From Lytechinus pictus (lineage: Eukaryota), in contig NC_087246.1 of assembly GCF_037042905.1 (NCBI RefSeq), forward strand, positions 5,706,001 to 5,770,000: DNA of 64,000 nucleotides. The letters run 5' to 3'. The translations under genes were made by a program, and so were the position numbers. This document shows positions 34,191-47,900 of this stretch, piece after piece (within the stretch, counting starts at the first letter, position 1; each line of letters opens with the position of its first letter). The notes under the pieces were generated by a model, which saw only the letters and a program-made list of their open reading frames with translations, was not told where the DNA came from and searched no databases.

Positions 34191-34631
34191 TAGAGGCGCA
34201 CGGCCAATAGGCAATATGGGACTGGGAAACTCTCTCCAATAGGGGAGACAATCTCCCACATTGGAGACTTGCTTTGCAAAAGGATAAAAGAAACAACACC
34301 AACAAAAGCATGATTTTTTCCACCCAAAATTTTGTCTCACTGAGCCTGAGGTCAGAAGCCCATTTGTTTTGTGTGTGATTGACAACAAAAATCCTTATCA
34401 AAACAAAAGTAGACGGTGAAAAGGGGTAATTTTTCATGAGGAATCTGCTTATCACATTTTTATTTGCCGCCAAGTTAATCCTTTTGCAGCAAATGTAAAC
34501 AAATGAAAATTGGACTCCAAAACTGGAGACTGTCTCTGAAATTGGATACCCAAATTCTTTACAAAAGTCTTTGATATTGGAGATAATCTCCCACATTGGA
34601 GACAGTCTCCAATATTGGCCGTGCGCCTCTA
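34191..34631. mobile_element. TIR element (hAT-like ends)
   Basis: tagaggcgcacggccaata / tattggccgtgcgcctcta; internal ttggaga / tctccaa subrepeats; no clean TSD. Confidence 0.75.
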
Positions 34632-35386
34632 CTGTTTAAAGTGTGGTCATTCCGCTAAACTCCGTTGGCTCCACTCCTGCCACTCGCCAATATTGCAGTG
34701 ACTAAAGTTCTTTAAACTCGATGTGTACAGACTACAGGGACTCGATGGCCAAATCAAATGTATGTTCGAATAAACCAGGGTCAGGGAAGTGGGAGTTGCG
34801 CGACAGCCGAACTTGAGTCTAGCTAAGTCCAGACTAGAATAGTATGATAGTTATTCACTGGTTTTTTTTTTCCTTTTACTTTTTAGAATCTAAGTTTATT
34901 TTTTCCCATCATGGTGCATTTCAGGCCAAAAGGGAATAATACTCTATATTTTGGTCAGTTCTTTATTAATGAAATAAAGACGAAAATCAATGTCGGGGGA
35001 TATTGCATTGTTAATCCCCTAATGGCAGCTGCACGATCGCGAGCTGTCTGTGTACGAGGAGAAATACAAAAAATTGGTGTGTGTTGTGGTGATTGACTGT
35101 GCTGGCTTGTGAAATAAGTTTGCCATGTCGAATGGCAGCAGGAAATTACCTAAGATTGAAATTAAAAAAACTGTCCTCATAAACAAGGATAATCTCCATT
35201 TATCAAGACATGATTTGTCTTGGTTTATTGGATCTTTGTTTTCTTGGACAACCCCTGGTGCTGGTCATACTTAGTGCTGTCAACAAACGACAATTCTTGG
35301 GCATTGCTGGGAGAAAGTTGTAATACTTTAATATCTCTTATATGTACATGTTGCACAGGTCTTTCAGCCTACATATTTTGTGTACC

Positions 35387-35546
35387 ATGGACAACGGATA
35401 TGGGCGCAGGCCCAGCGCAATGGCTAGACCAGAAGACGGTCGTACCAGTACCCCACTCAGACTGTTTGTTGATGCCAAAAGAAAGATTAATGAAATCTAC
35501 AAGGAGGTATCGGGTCACATCATGGACAGCCACAGTTTCCTGGATG
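35387..35546 (+). CDS. MFN2: Mitofusin coding exon 1
   Basis: ATG 35387; [18 protein letters not shown]|gtaaga. Confidence 0.88.
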
Positions 35547-36911
35547 GTAAGAGTTCAAATTCTATTATGTGGTGGGGGGGGGGTAGATTTTGGAAAGAAG
35601 AAAAGTAAAATCTTGGGAATTAGGTCTCATAATTAACCCCAAATTTACCATTTTAATATTCATGGAAATGAATTTGAAACTCTTGGAACAAGTCAACTTG
35701 TATGAAAACAGAAAAAAAGTGATGGAAGTTTTAGAATAATTGGACAAATAATAAGAAAGTTGTGAGCATTTGAAGGTCAACTATGGAATTTGTCCCATTG
35801 GCAGTGCGACTAGATTTGTGATGTCACAGATGTCCAACTCTCCCCTTTGTGTAGTGCACTGAAAGTAATCCCCAATACATCTTTTTTTTTTTTTTCTTTC
35901 ATTCTTATGAGTGGAATTCTTGTCCATTTATGGAACCATTATTACATGTCCTCCCATGAAAAAATAATTAAGAAATAAAACACCTAATCTATACCTATGG
36001 ATAGACTCAATGAAAGTGACAAAGTAAATATGTACAGGTATAACAATTATTAGGGAGTTGTATAATGACATCTCGGTTGCTTATCTCAACACTCAAATGA
36101 TCATAACTTATTTTCTTTTTCAATTTTTCTCAAATTTTCATTGATTTGGTACTTATATTGGTTTATTTCCAATTCGTCTGATTCCAATTCGTCAAAATTT
36201 CCAACTCGTATACTATCATTTGGTCTACCATCAGTTCATCTACTATCCACACATGGTTTATTGCCAATTTCGTCCACTCACCATTTTGTCTAATAACCAG
36301 TTGGTCCAATAGCCATTTAATCTATATATCATTTGGTCTAATTGAATTAAGTGTTGATTGTGCAAAAATGAATGAAAATGAAATGGATATTAGACCAACT
36401 GGTTATGAGAGGAAATGGTGATTAGACAAAGTAATGATTGGACCAAATGGTTGTTAGACGAATTGTTGATGGATGGAATGGCAGTGGACTAAATGAAAGT
36501 AGACCATGTGGTGAGTGGACGAGTCGGCAGCAGTCAAATTGGCAATTTACCCTTTTATTTTCCTATCGTCACACAAGCTAACTTGTTTCCAGGGTTTCAT
36601 CCGTATTTATATTAAGGAAGACACTGCCATAGCGTACCAAACAATGATACCAGTTTTTTCAGCTGTGTAAGCTGTTACGATGTCTTTGATTTTCTTTTCT
36701 TTGTTGTAATCCTTCCTATCTGCATGCAATCTAGTCAAATTTGAGACTGGTTTTATAGAATTATAATTTCTGGCTTGGCAGATATTTTGATGTACCCTGA
36801 CATCCATTGTTTGCATCATGTATAACTTTGTGAACTGACAGTACGGTAATCCATGACTTAGTCAATGATCAGAAGATCAACAGTTCACTCCTATATTAGA
36901 TGAGATGGTGG

Positions 36912-36957
<46 letters not shown>

Positions 36958-38866
36958 GATGATGATGAAAAAGTTTGCATTTATACGACCATTTGCTTAC
37001 TCATAGTGGTGATTTGGAGGAGAATTTGAAAGGTAAATGGGGTCAGATATAGTGCTAGTCTCAAGTTAAAGCTTTGAGATGGTACATTGACTTTACAACC
37101 ATTATTGTGGGGTCAAAGTTCACAGAAGTAGGGTTTGTTTGGGAAAGGAGAATGGCACATTGCTATTATCAGGGTTTATCATAGTTTATGAGACTGCATC
37201 TTAATTTTCTTTGTTTGATTTTCAGGGATATCTTCAGCTTCGCAGGTAGTATCTGATGAACAACTGAGTAAAGTAGAAGCATTCAGTAACCAGGTTAGAG
37301 GAATCCAAGATGTCCTGGAGAGAGATCATATGAAAGTAGCATTCTTCGGCAGGTGAGATTAAATAGTTGTGGGGATGGGGCAAATAATACAAATGCATTG
37401 TAATGAAAATAAAGGCTATTATATTAACAATGAACATTGTAATGATATACATGTACATTTCAGTGGTCTTGATATGAAAACTGACATTTTAAAGTTCTTA
37501 TTATTAAAGCCATGGTTGTAATTTGTTAAAAAACTAAATAGCTGGGAGAGGGGGCTGATTCAATATGAGATTGTACAAAATCATTCTTAACTTTGAAACC
37601 CCCAATTTTGGTCTTAAAACAATGTGCAGGACTCAAGATAGAAGAAAAAGTCCCTGCTCAGAAATGTTGTGGTGAGACCTCACATTAATAATTCATCTTG
37701 AAAAATGTCACAAGGATGTGGCTGAATCAGATCTCCCCACCCCATAATTTTTAGGGTTACCTATAGAATTTAATGACTATGCTGAATTTTATCTTTTGTT
37801 TTTGGATTTTTTTTTTACCTTGTTTATAATCATTTTCAAGCATTATTTTCCAAGTACTAAAATACTGATAAATCTAACATATGTTCATAGACATCATTAC
37901 ATTGACTAAATGTAATAATCATTACATTGACCACTGCTTAAATCATAGATTTACCTGTATGTAGTACCTTTTGTGGATACTTGCAAATTAAAATTATATT
38001 ACCAAAGACAATGTAATTCACATCAGCAGGAAATATGACAGTGTTTGCATGGATAACCTTTGCCCTGTATATAATTTAGAAAAATGCAATCTATTACAAT
38101 TAACAGGTATAAGTCTGGAAAAAAAATACAAAAAAAATTACAATTAATTGTAAATAGACACTCATCCATGAATGCTCCAGGGTCCACCTGTGATGAGACT
38201 TATGGAAAAAAAAAAACTTTTTTTATGTTCATCATGAAATTGCAATGTACATAATAATATTAAATTTGACTGCACATTCTCATTAATACATGTACTCTCT
38301 ATGTTATTTGCAATAATTATGAACTTTATAATCAGGTCAATGAATTTTTTTTTTTTTTTTAACAGAACGAGTAACGGCAAGAGTACAGTAATTAATGCAA
38401 TGTTAAGGGATAAGGTGCTACCCTCTGGTATCGGCCACACCACAGACTGCTTTCTGTGTGTTGAGGGATGCGAAGGGCAAGAGGGTTACATGAGCAGACA
38501 GAACAGCTCAGAGAAAATGAGTATAACTGTGAGTACTAGGCTTAAGAATACCTTTACTGTCCGATAATGGTTTATGCTCTGCTTTCCTATGCAAATAAAC
38601 CATTCACATGTGTACCTGTTTGGGCTATGTAATTTGTTGATGTCCAGGATTGATTTCCACTGTTGGGTAGGGGGGGGGGGGTATTGGTGTGTTGCTATAC
38701 CCTGATAAACAACAATGAACAAGGTTTATGTAGGAATCAAACTACTGTGGGTTGGGTCCATCCTTTGAATGCGTTTTGTGCTGAATTGCCATCACAAGCT
38801 TGGTATTGTTATATGGCAATAAATAAGAGGAAAATCCTGTTGAATGAACTACTGCATTACCATGGT

Positions 38867-38903
<37 letters not shown>

Positions 38904-41900
38904 GCATTTATGTAGAGTGAAATTATTAATCACCCCCATTGATATTTTTGTAATTTCGGGGTTTCTGCTTTTGATAGTGGATTCTTAATTTTCTTTTTAC
39001 ATCAAGCTGTATACATGTAAATTGATATTTATTTTTAAATGGTTTCTCACATCAAGACTTTAAATTAAAATAGGGATATTATATAAACAACCCTCTTCTT
39101 GCATTTTTTTATTATCCATCACAAGTGAATCAAAAATAAGAATATATGTGTTCAATGATAGATCTTGCATTTTTAAAATCTTGTTTTTTATGTAAATTCT
39201 TACCTACCACTAATTCAGTATTGAACATAGCAGGTTATTTTCAATATATTTTTCTTATAGTCCGTGAGTCAGTTGGCCCATGCACTTGCAGGAGAAAGAG
39301 ATCATGATGATTGTCAACAGAGTAGTATCCTTCACATCTTCTGGCCACGGACCCAGTGCCATCTTCTCATGAATGATGTTGTCCTTCTTGACAGGTACAA
39401 TTTCTATTTCAAGTCAAGTGGCAGGATATTTGCTCCTGCCACATTTAAGTTGAGACTTAAATTTCATCCAATTTGGATGTCACATTTTTATACTAAAAAT
39501 GATGCTTAGTTGCTGCAAGACATTCAGTACATTATATTGATGACTCAATACCACCTCCGATTACCAGTAGACTTGGTTACAGTCTGCAAAATTACTGGTG
39601 TATATAATTGGCAGATCTGAAGGTAGAGGGGTCAGCAACAAATTGTTCCATTTTGTTGGACCATTTCATGGGGACCAGCTAAAAGCAAGGATCAGATGAG
39701 GAATACATGACCCAAAATTGGCAAAAGAAAAGAAAAGTATCCCCCAAAGAGGCATATATACAGGATTAAAATCCTGTACAGGAAAAATAAGTAAATTAGA
39801 ATGGTGAAAGTTTGAAAGAAATTGGGCAAGCAAGGAGAAAGGTATGGCTGTTTTAAAATTGGGTGACAAAACTTGCTAAGTTTCCTTAGATAGTCGTCAA
39901 AGATTATATTGGTAAAGTAGTGGTATTTATTTTCCATTCCATTTTCCAATGTTAAAAACAATACAAAATAAATTTATGTCTGTAAAAAAATCAAGAGTAT
40001 AGTGAATTCGCTGGATAAACCCATTTAGCTTTGTTAATATATCAAAATCTGTTTTTCCCTTGGGTCATTAGAGGTCAATGAATTAAGGATTTGTAATCAA
40101 ATGAATTGGGTTTTTGTCTCGCCTGCATAGCAGAGCGAGACTATAGGCGCCGCTTTTCCGACGGCGGCTGCGTCAACATCAAATCTTAACCTAAGGTTAA
40201 GTTTTTGAAATGACATCATAACTTAGAAAGTATATGGACCTAGTACATGAAACTTGGACATAAGGTTAATCAAGTATTACTGAACATCCTGCCTGAGTTT
40301 CAGGTCACGTGACCAAGGTCAAAGGTCATTTAGGGTCAATGAACTTAAACCATGTTGGGAAAATTATTTTCAAAATCTTAACCGAAGGTTAAGTTTTTTA
40401 AATGACATCATAACTTAGAAAGTATATGGACCTAGTCCATGAAACTTGGACATAAGGTTAATCAAGTATTAGTGAACATCCTGCCTGAGTTTCAGGTCAC
40501 ATGGCCAAGGTCAAAGGTCATTTAGGGTCAATGAACTTTGGCCAAGTTGGGGGTATTTGTTGAATTACCATCATAACTTTGAAAATTTATGGATTTAGTT
40601 CATGAAACTTGGACATTAGGTTAATCAAGTACCACTGAATATCCTGTGCATGTTTCAGGTCACATGACCATGGTCAATGGTCATTTAAGGTCAATGAACT
40701 TTGGCCTTGTTGGAGGTATATGTTAAATTACCATCCTAACTCTGAAAGTTTATGGATCTAGTTCATAAAACTAGGTATATAAGAGTAATCAAGCATCACT
40801 GAACATCCCCTGTGAGTTTCAGGTCACAAAACCAAGTAAAAGGTCAGTTAAGGTCAATAAACTTAGGCCATGTTGGGGTAATTGTTTAAGTGCCATCATA
40901 ACTTTGAAAGTTTATGGATAGAGTGAATGAAATGTGGACATGGGTGTAGTTGACAGTCTTAAGTCTCCGTTCAAATGTCATTTATGGTCAATGAATGTGG
41001 TATTATGTCATTATATGAATTATGTTTTTGTGAATTATTATTTTATAGTAGTTTTCAAAGTTAGCACTGCTGCTATATTAAATTGCGTAATGCAGGCGAG
41101 ACTGCCAGAGGCGTTCCACTTGTTTTTCTCTCTCTCTCTCTCACTCCTTTTGAAAAGTCGTTCATCTTACCAGGAGTTGTTTTCAAAGTCAATTACACTT
41201 GTTCTTTCTTCACCTTAAGACACTCCCTCTCCCTTTCTCTTCCTTTCCTCTGTCCATTTCTCCTTGTTTCTCAATGTTTACAGTCCTGGAATAGACGTGG
41301 AGCAAGATCTTGATGAATGGATCAACACTCACTGTATGGATGCAGATGTATTCGTCTTGGTATTAAATGCAGAGTCTACCCTTATGAGAACAGTAAGATT
41401 CTATCTTTCATTAATTCACTCAGTCTAACTACTGTAAGTCATAATAATAATGATAATTCAATATTTATATAGCACCAATTAATATTTCTCTTAGTGCTTT
41501 ACATTAAACACCCTAACTTCTCATATCAGCGTTGACTTTGACAAAAAAATGTATTTTTGCCATGGTATGAGCAAAGAAACTAAATACAGTGAAGGTAATT
41601 GTTTATTTGCATTTGTTGGTATGTACATTCTTGGTTTAATGCTTTGTTTTTTATTTATGTATTTGGAACAGTACATTCTGGTATATGGGTCAAGCTAGAA
41701 AATAAATAAAAGATTAATTTCAGCTGGTTTTTGTATTGATAGCTTTCATTAATATGTCCATGTCTTTCTTGAACATTCTTTTCTCTTCTTTTTGATTTTT
41801 GTTTTCATTAAAGGCTAAAACACAAACATAAACAGAAAACATAATATGAGAGGACATTCTTTTTATTCATAATCACAGCATTTTACTTCTATAATAAAAA

Positions 41901-44900
41901 TTCTATATTTATTCATTATGGGTTACATGCGATTATGAGTAGTGTTTATTAATATTTCTTTGGTATTTTTCTCTCTTTTTTTTCTGCAGGAGAAAAGCTT
42001 CTTCCACAAAGTGAGTGAAAAGCTCTCCAAACCCAACATCTTTATCCTAAACAATAGGTGGGATGCCTCTGCTAATGAACCTGAATATATGGAAGCAGTA
42101 AGTATCAAAACTCAATTCAAAACAATTACACTACTTTGACAATTTAAAAAACTACAAGAAGTTGAATAGAATCATCTTAAATACTCGAAATGGGAATGAT
42201 GTTCATGTTGATAATGCTGATATCATTGATACTAGAGCTTTCTTGAGAATGAAGGAATCAAATGCAATGAAGCCAGCAATGTTGACCATACTGCATTGGC
42301 TTTCACATTATTATCAGACATTTGGGTAGTGTAGGGACAGTGATTTTCCGTTTCAAAAAATTGCCTTTTCCGTTTCAGAAAATCTCAAATTCCGTTTCAG
42401 CATGTCAGAAAACGGAAATTCCGTTTCCCCATAGACTTTGTACACACGGAAAAGTGACAATTCCGTTTACACATTGAATAGCAAAATCACAACACGTACA
42501 CTCGCACTGGTCAAAATTTGTATCTGCTACTGTACCAACAACACAATAGAATCCGTTCTAATCGGATCTATGCGGGTGCATAAAATATTTTTACAAACCC
42601 ATTTAGCATGCATACATCCTCACCTTTCACATTATTAGCATTATTTCACGGTGAAATGATATTTCATCAATAATTTTGGGGTTTTTTGGACATCGTTATC
42701 ATCAGTCAACAGCTTTTTGCCAATCCGCCATCTTGGATTTTAAGACCACGATATCGTGCTGTTACATCTTCAAACGTAGAGGGCAGCAACACACGACCGT
42801 GTAGTTGAACGATATGTGTGCATGTGAAGCACCCAACCCGGCCGGCCAGGTACGGGTGGGGGGTACAATCGAGTGTGCTGATGTCGAGTGCAGTCACGAT
42901 GTGTGAATTGTCATGATAGTAGCGAAGTGAGATCGTGTTTTATGGGGTTTTGTGGCCATTTAATATTCTCATTTTGTTGTGATTTTGGAGTAATTTCTGT
43001 TGCTATTCTGTGTATCTTGGGGGAAAATACGTTTTCCGTGATTTTCCGTTTGAAATGCCACTTTCCGTTTCAAAAGGCCCTGTCCGTGAATTCCGTCCGT
43101 TTTCCGCGATCGCGGAAAATCACTGTCCCTAGTAGTGCCAACTATCCAGATAAAATCTGCTCTGAGGTGCTCTGTTGCTGTTTCCAATGCTCAGTGCATT
43201 CACACAAATCATCTTGTTACCAAAGTTGGATTCCCCTTTGCATGCTAGAGTCCTTTTTGCTTTATCCCAACAGGTGAAGAGGCAGCATTTGGAGAGAGAT
43301 ATCAAATTCTTGGTGGAAGAGCTGAAAGTTGTGACTGAAGCACAAGCCAAGGACCGAGTATTCTTTGTGTCAGCCAAGGAAGCCCTCAATTCCAGGATTC
43401 CAAAGACCATGTCAACTCCAGATGCAAGTCAGTAGTAGTTTACCCTAAAAATCATACATACCCCCCCCTGGAAAGATGAATCAAATTCAAGATCTAATCC
43501 TCACTTCATCGGGGGGGGGGGGTCATCATCATTTTTTGTCTGACAAAAAAAAGTTGTTATATCTGAGAACTTTCCTTGTTGTGTGATAAGCATAGAAGCA
43601 CAAGTTTGTGACTGTTATACCTTGGTCACATTTGCTCTACGGCGGCCGTAGATACCTGAATTCGAGAGATTTCTGCGGCGGCCGCAGAAAATCTGCGGTG
43701 GCCGCAGGGTCGACGTACGGCGGATTCCTACTATTTACAGGCCGTAGGGGTGGCCTTAGAATTTTAACTCGGAGTTATAACATTTTTTCTTTTCTACGCT
43801 TGCCGTAGAAATTAGACTAGCCGTAGGCATGGCATAGAACGGTCTACGGCGGCCGTACGTCGAGCGTACGGTGGCCGTGCGGCTGCCCTCGTGTTTTTCT
43901 TCCCTCCTTTCCCCTTCTCCTTTTGTGTTATCTGCTCGGGAGCCACCAGGCGCGTATTTATAATTTTGCACCTCGGGACCCGACCTATAATTTTGGCCCA
44001 TATGCATGTGTACTTTTTCGGAAAAAAATGGTGACCCCTCCTCGTCAGGCAAACAGGTGCCTTAAATGCATGTTGAATTATCTTATTTCATAATCACATG
44101 AAAAAGGGCAACTGCAGACCATTTTTTTAATGATGACTTAATAAAAAGCAAACTATCCATGAATATGATGTAATACCACTTTTTTTTAAGAACAAATGTG
44201 ACCAGGAAGCACAGATATTGCCCTTTCACCAGCGGCTAACTTTGGTAAAATATGACGTTATTATAATTATCATTATTATTATTATTATCATGGGGAGTTA
44301 AATGCTGATTTTTTGTTGTTGTTTCCTAGGGTGTAGTTCTTACTTAAGACTAACGCATTTATTAACATCTTAACTTTATTCATACAAACAAGTTAACATG
44401 GTTAAGGGAGATTTATTTCATAAGTCCAAATAAATAATGCAAACGCGATTTTTGATAGCTTGTGTATAGACCTTAAAATAGAATATTCTGAGAAGTGTTG
44501 TAAGCATGAGCAGGATGGGTATCTATCTGTCAGGGCGAGCTGAAAATTGTCTATATTCCAAAATGACCCAAAGTTTGGAAATTCTAAGCATTATTGGTAA
44601 TCATGAACAGGATGGGCACTTAAAAATTGTTCGATGCGAGCTCGAAGCGCGAGCTGAACTTTTTTTATATTCCGTTCCAAAACTAGACATTTAACGCAAT
44701 TTAGGTAATCATTAACAGGATGTCATCTAACTAATCATTTGATGCGAGCGCGAAGCGCGAATCACCCCAAAGGTCGAATTTGCCCCCCTTCCTAAGTCGA
44801 ACATTACTGATCGTATACTATTCAGATCAGTGTCGAACATTAATTTGGCGACCCCCCCCCCCTTCCTAGGTCGAACATCAATTTGGCGCCCCCGCACTTT

Positions 44901-47900
44901 TATTACACCTCCCCCTTTTCCCTTCTCTCCTTTTCCCTTCTTCTTGTTTCTTTCTCTCTTTCTTTTCTCTTTCTCTTCTTTCCCCCTCCATTTTTATCTC
45001 CCTTTTCTTTCCCTTTCTTTCCTCCCTTTTTTCGCCTACCCGGGGGCCCAGGCCCCGAACCCTCCCCCCTCCCTCCTGCCCAGAATACGCGCTTGGGCAT
45101 GGTGCGACACTTTGAAAACTTTCTAAAATGAAATGTCTAATGTAAAATATCATGATGAATGTGACAAGCAATTCATGGTATACCATAGAGATGTCTCTAT
45201 GTGGTATACTCACTGTATAGTCCCCCTGCGGCCGCCGTGAGGGCGCCTTGCGGCCACCTCGCGTCTGCCGTAGTATTTGTCAAAAACCTACGGCCAGCGC
45301 AGGGTCGCCCTAGGGCGGCCGTACGTCATGATTTCAAGGACAGACGTCAGCCGCAGATTTTTTTTCTCCATAAATTAAAAAATACGCCGTACAGCGACCG
45401 TAACATATGTGACCGCTAGAGTAAGTGGCCGTGGAAATTCTGAGGCGACCGTAGAATTGCTACTCGCCGTATAAATTTTAGAATCTACGGCGGCCGTAGC
45501 AAATGTGACCAAGGTAGTACTACAGTCACTGTTAGACAATGACATATGTCATTGCTCGCAACTTTCATGAAAAGGCCCTCTTGTATGCATATGTTCAGGT
45601 GTTTCCTAATTACTTTATTTAAACATCACATGGTTTTGTAAACTTTGTTGTTTCAAATTATTTTTCCCATGTCTCTCTTTGTATCAATTTATTTGTGGTT
45701 ATGTCGATAAATTGTACAAATATTAACCAGTGAAGAAAAGAAGGAAATGTCAAAATAGAGAAGTATATGAGACAATTAAAAACAAAGAAATACACACCCT
45801 TGATTATTCATAATTCATGTTCATTACGAAGTTGAAAAATGGAGTGGTTCAAAATGAGCAAGAAAATATAAAACATAGGAAATCTGTGAAACTTTTTTTC
45901 ATATTTGCATAATTAATGATTTTGATATAAAAAATAGATTGAATTAAACTTACAAGTGCATTCATGAAGATTATGTGATTAGTTATGTGTACATCATGTT
46001 TGGTTAATTCAGGTGATAAATGGCTGAGATCTTTGCAGTGGGCCCCTCTCCCATCCAATCTGTTTAGGCATCAAAATAGCCCAGCCTTTTAGGTATCAGA
46101 TTTCACATGAGAAATTGTTCCCTGTTATCATTTTATACAGATCCAATAATTGAAGGTTACCAAGCAAGATTATTTGAATTTGAGAACTTTGAAAGAAAAT
46201 TTGAGGTGAGTTTGTCTGTTAACCTTCTGCCAGCACCCCCCCCCCCCCAAGTGGAGCGTGTTTAATGAAACAGAATTCGGTTTTATTGTGTCTCTACCGA
46301 AACATCTCAAATTGCTCTGTAAGGTGTTGATAATCCTATGAAAGTACCCTGTACAATTTATCCAGAAAATCTGTTTATTTCCCAAATGTTTTGCTCTTTT
46401 GACATCTTTCTCTGGATATGATCTTTGAATATTGGCCCTTTGATATCATTATTGAAACACAGTTCAAACTAACTTTCCATACCTAGATCCCACTATACTT
46501 ATTCAGTGGGAATAGGTTCAGCGTGACTGTAAACATTGTAAATAATTCTGTGAACAAGTCAGAATTGGACAACATGATCTATATTACAGGTTTCTTGAGA
46601 TCATCCTTCCCAGCCACTTCTCAATTCACTACACTTGCTTCCTTTCAAACAGAGAATAATGTTAAAATTACTCTTGTTTGTTTATTTTTATTTACAAACA
46701 CTTAACTGTTTACTTTTTATAGACCAACTAGAGCACTTACATGTAGCTCTTTGTCTCACATATTCAGTAACTCAAGGGTTCCCAGCCCATCAGGGAAGTT
46801 AGGGAAAATTATTTTACTTTGTTCCAGTCAGGGAAAAATCAGGGAATTTGATTTGAAAAAATACCTCAAATCAGGGATAAATGCCTCAAATGAGGGAAAA
46901 ATCAGGGAAGTTTGATCAGCCCAAAAGTCGAAAGCATGGTAGTCAGTCAGGCTCAGTTATAGCTATATATCCCTGGCCACAGTACCTGTCCTTGTGCAAG
47001 GCATTCAATAAATAGCAATCTATTGTCTCACATTAAAATAGATGGAGATTGCACTGGAATTATTTAAAAGTTTTCACATGCCTTTTATCTTCATTGTGTG
47101 AATAGGTTGAACCCATTTAACAGTTTCTCATGTTTATCATTTCTTCATGGGATGTTTACAATATTGAAATGATAATAGCCAGCTATGAATAATTTGGAGG
47201 ACGAAACTCCTTTTAACCTTAACATTTTACTTCTTTTTTTACATCATTCAGGAATGTATTTCACAGACTGCTGTGAGAACCAAATTTGAGCAGCATGCCA
47301 AACAAGGCAGACAGATTGTAGATTACACACAAGAGATCTTATCACAGGTTTTAGAAGCAGCTACTAAAAAGAGGTTTGTAACCAAAAAAATGGAAACTGG
47401 AAACATAGATCTAAACTTGGCCTCTTCAGTTTGATAGGCTCTGAAAAATTGAGCTTGTTTGAGTGTCTCATGTTTAGCTAGATTCCTTAAAATTTGTGCA
47501 GACAAAATATGTTGTTATATGAGATGATGCATACACCATAATGACATGGTGTGGAGGAGTTCAGTGGAAGCATTGTGGTATAGTCTCCTTCAATCAGAGG
47601 GTTTGGGGGTTTTGAATCCTACCCAGGGCTTTAATTTCCTTAAGCGACAAATTCATCCACAAAGTGCTACACTCTACCCTGGTTAGGAAAATAAACTTTT
47701 TTTTAACTGACCTGCTGAAGCCAACACTTCTCATAAAGTAATCATTAAGTGCAGTATAAGCAAGATTAATGTTAATTACAATTTTGACACAAGTTTATCA
47801 ATGCCATGCTTGTTTATTAGCATTCAAGTGAATTAATTTGTTATACAATATTGGAACAAGGCTCTTTGTATGCTTTGTTTGACTAGAGCCACATACAGCA

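Noticed and set aside
47562..47640. tRNA gene
   Set aside because: Only degenerate A/B boxes and no cloverleaf; better explained as a SINE head.
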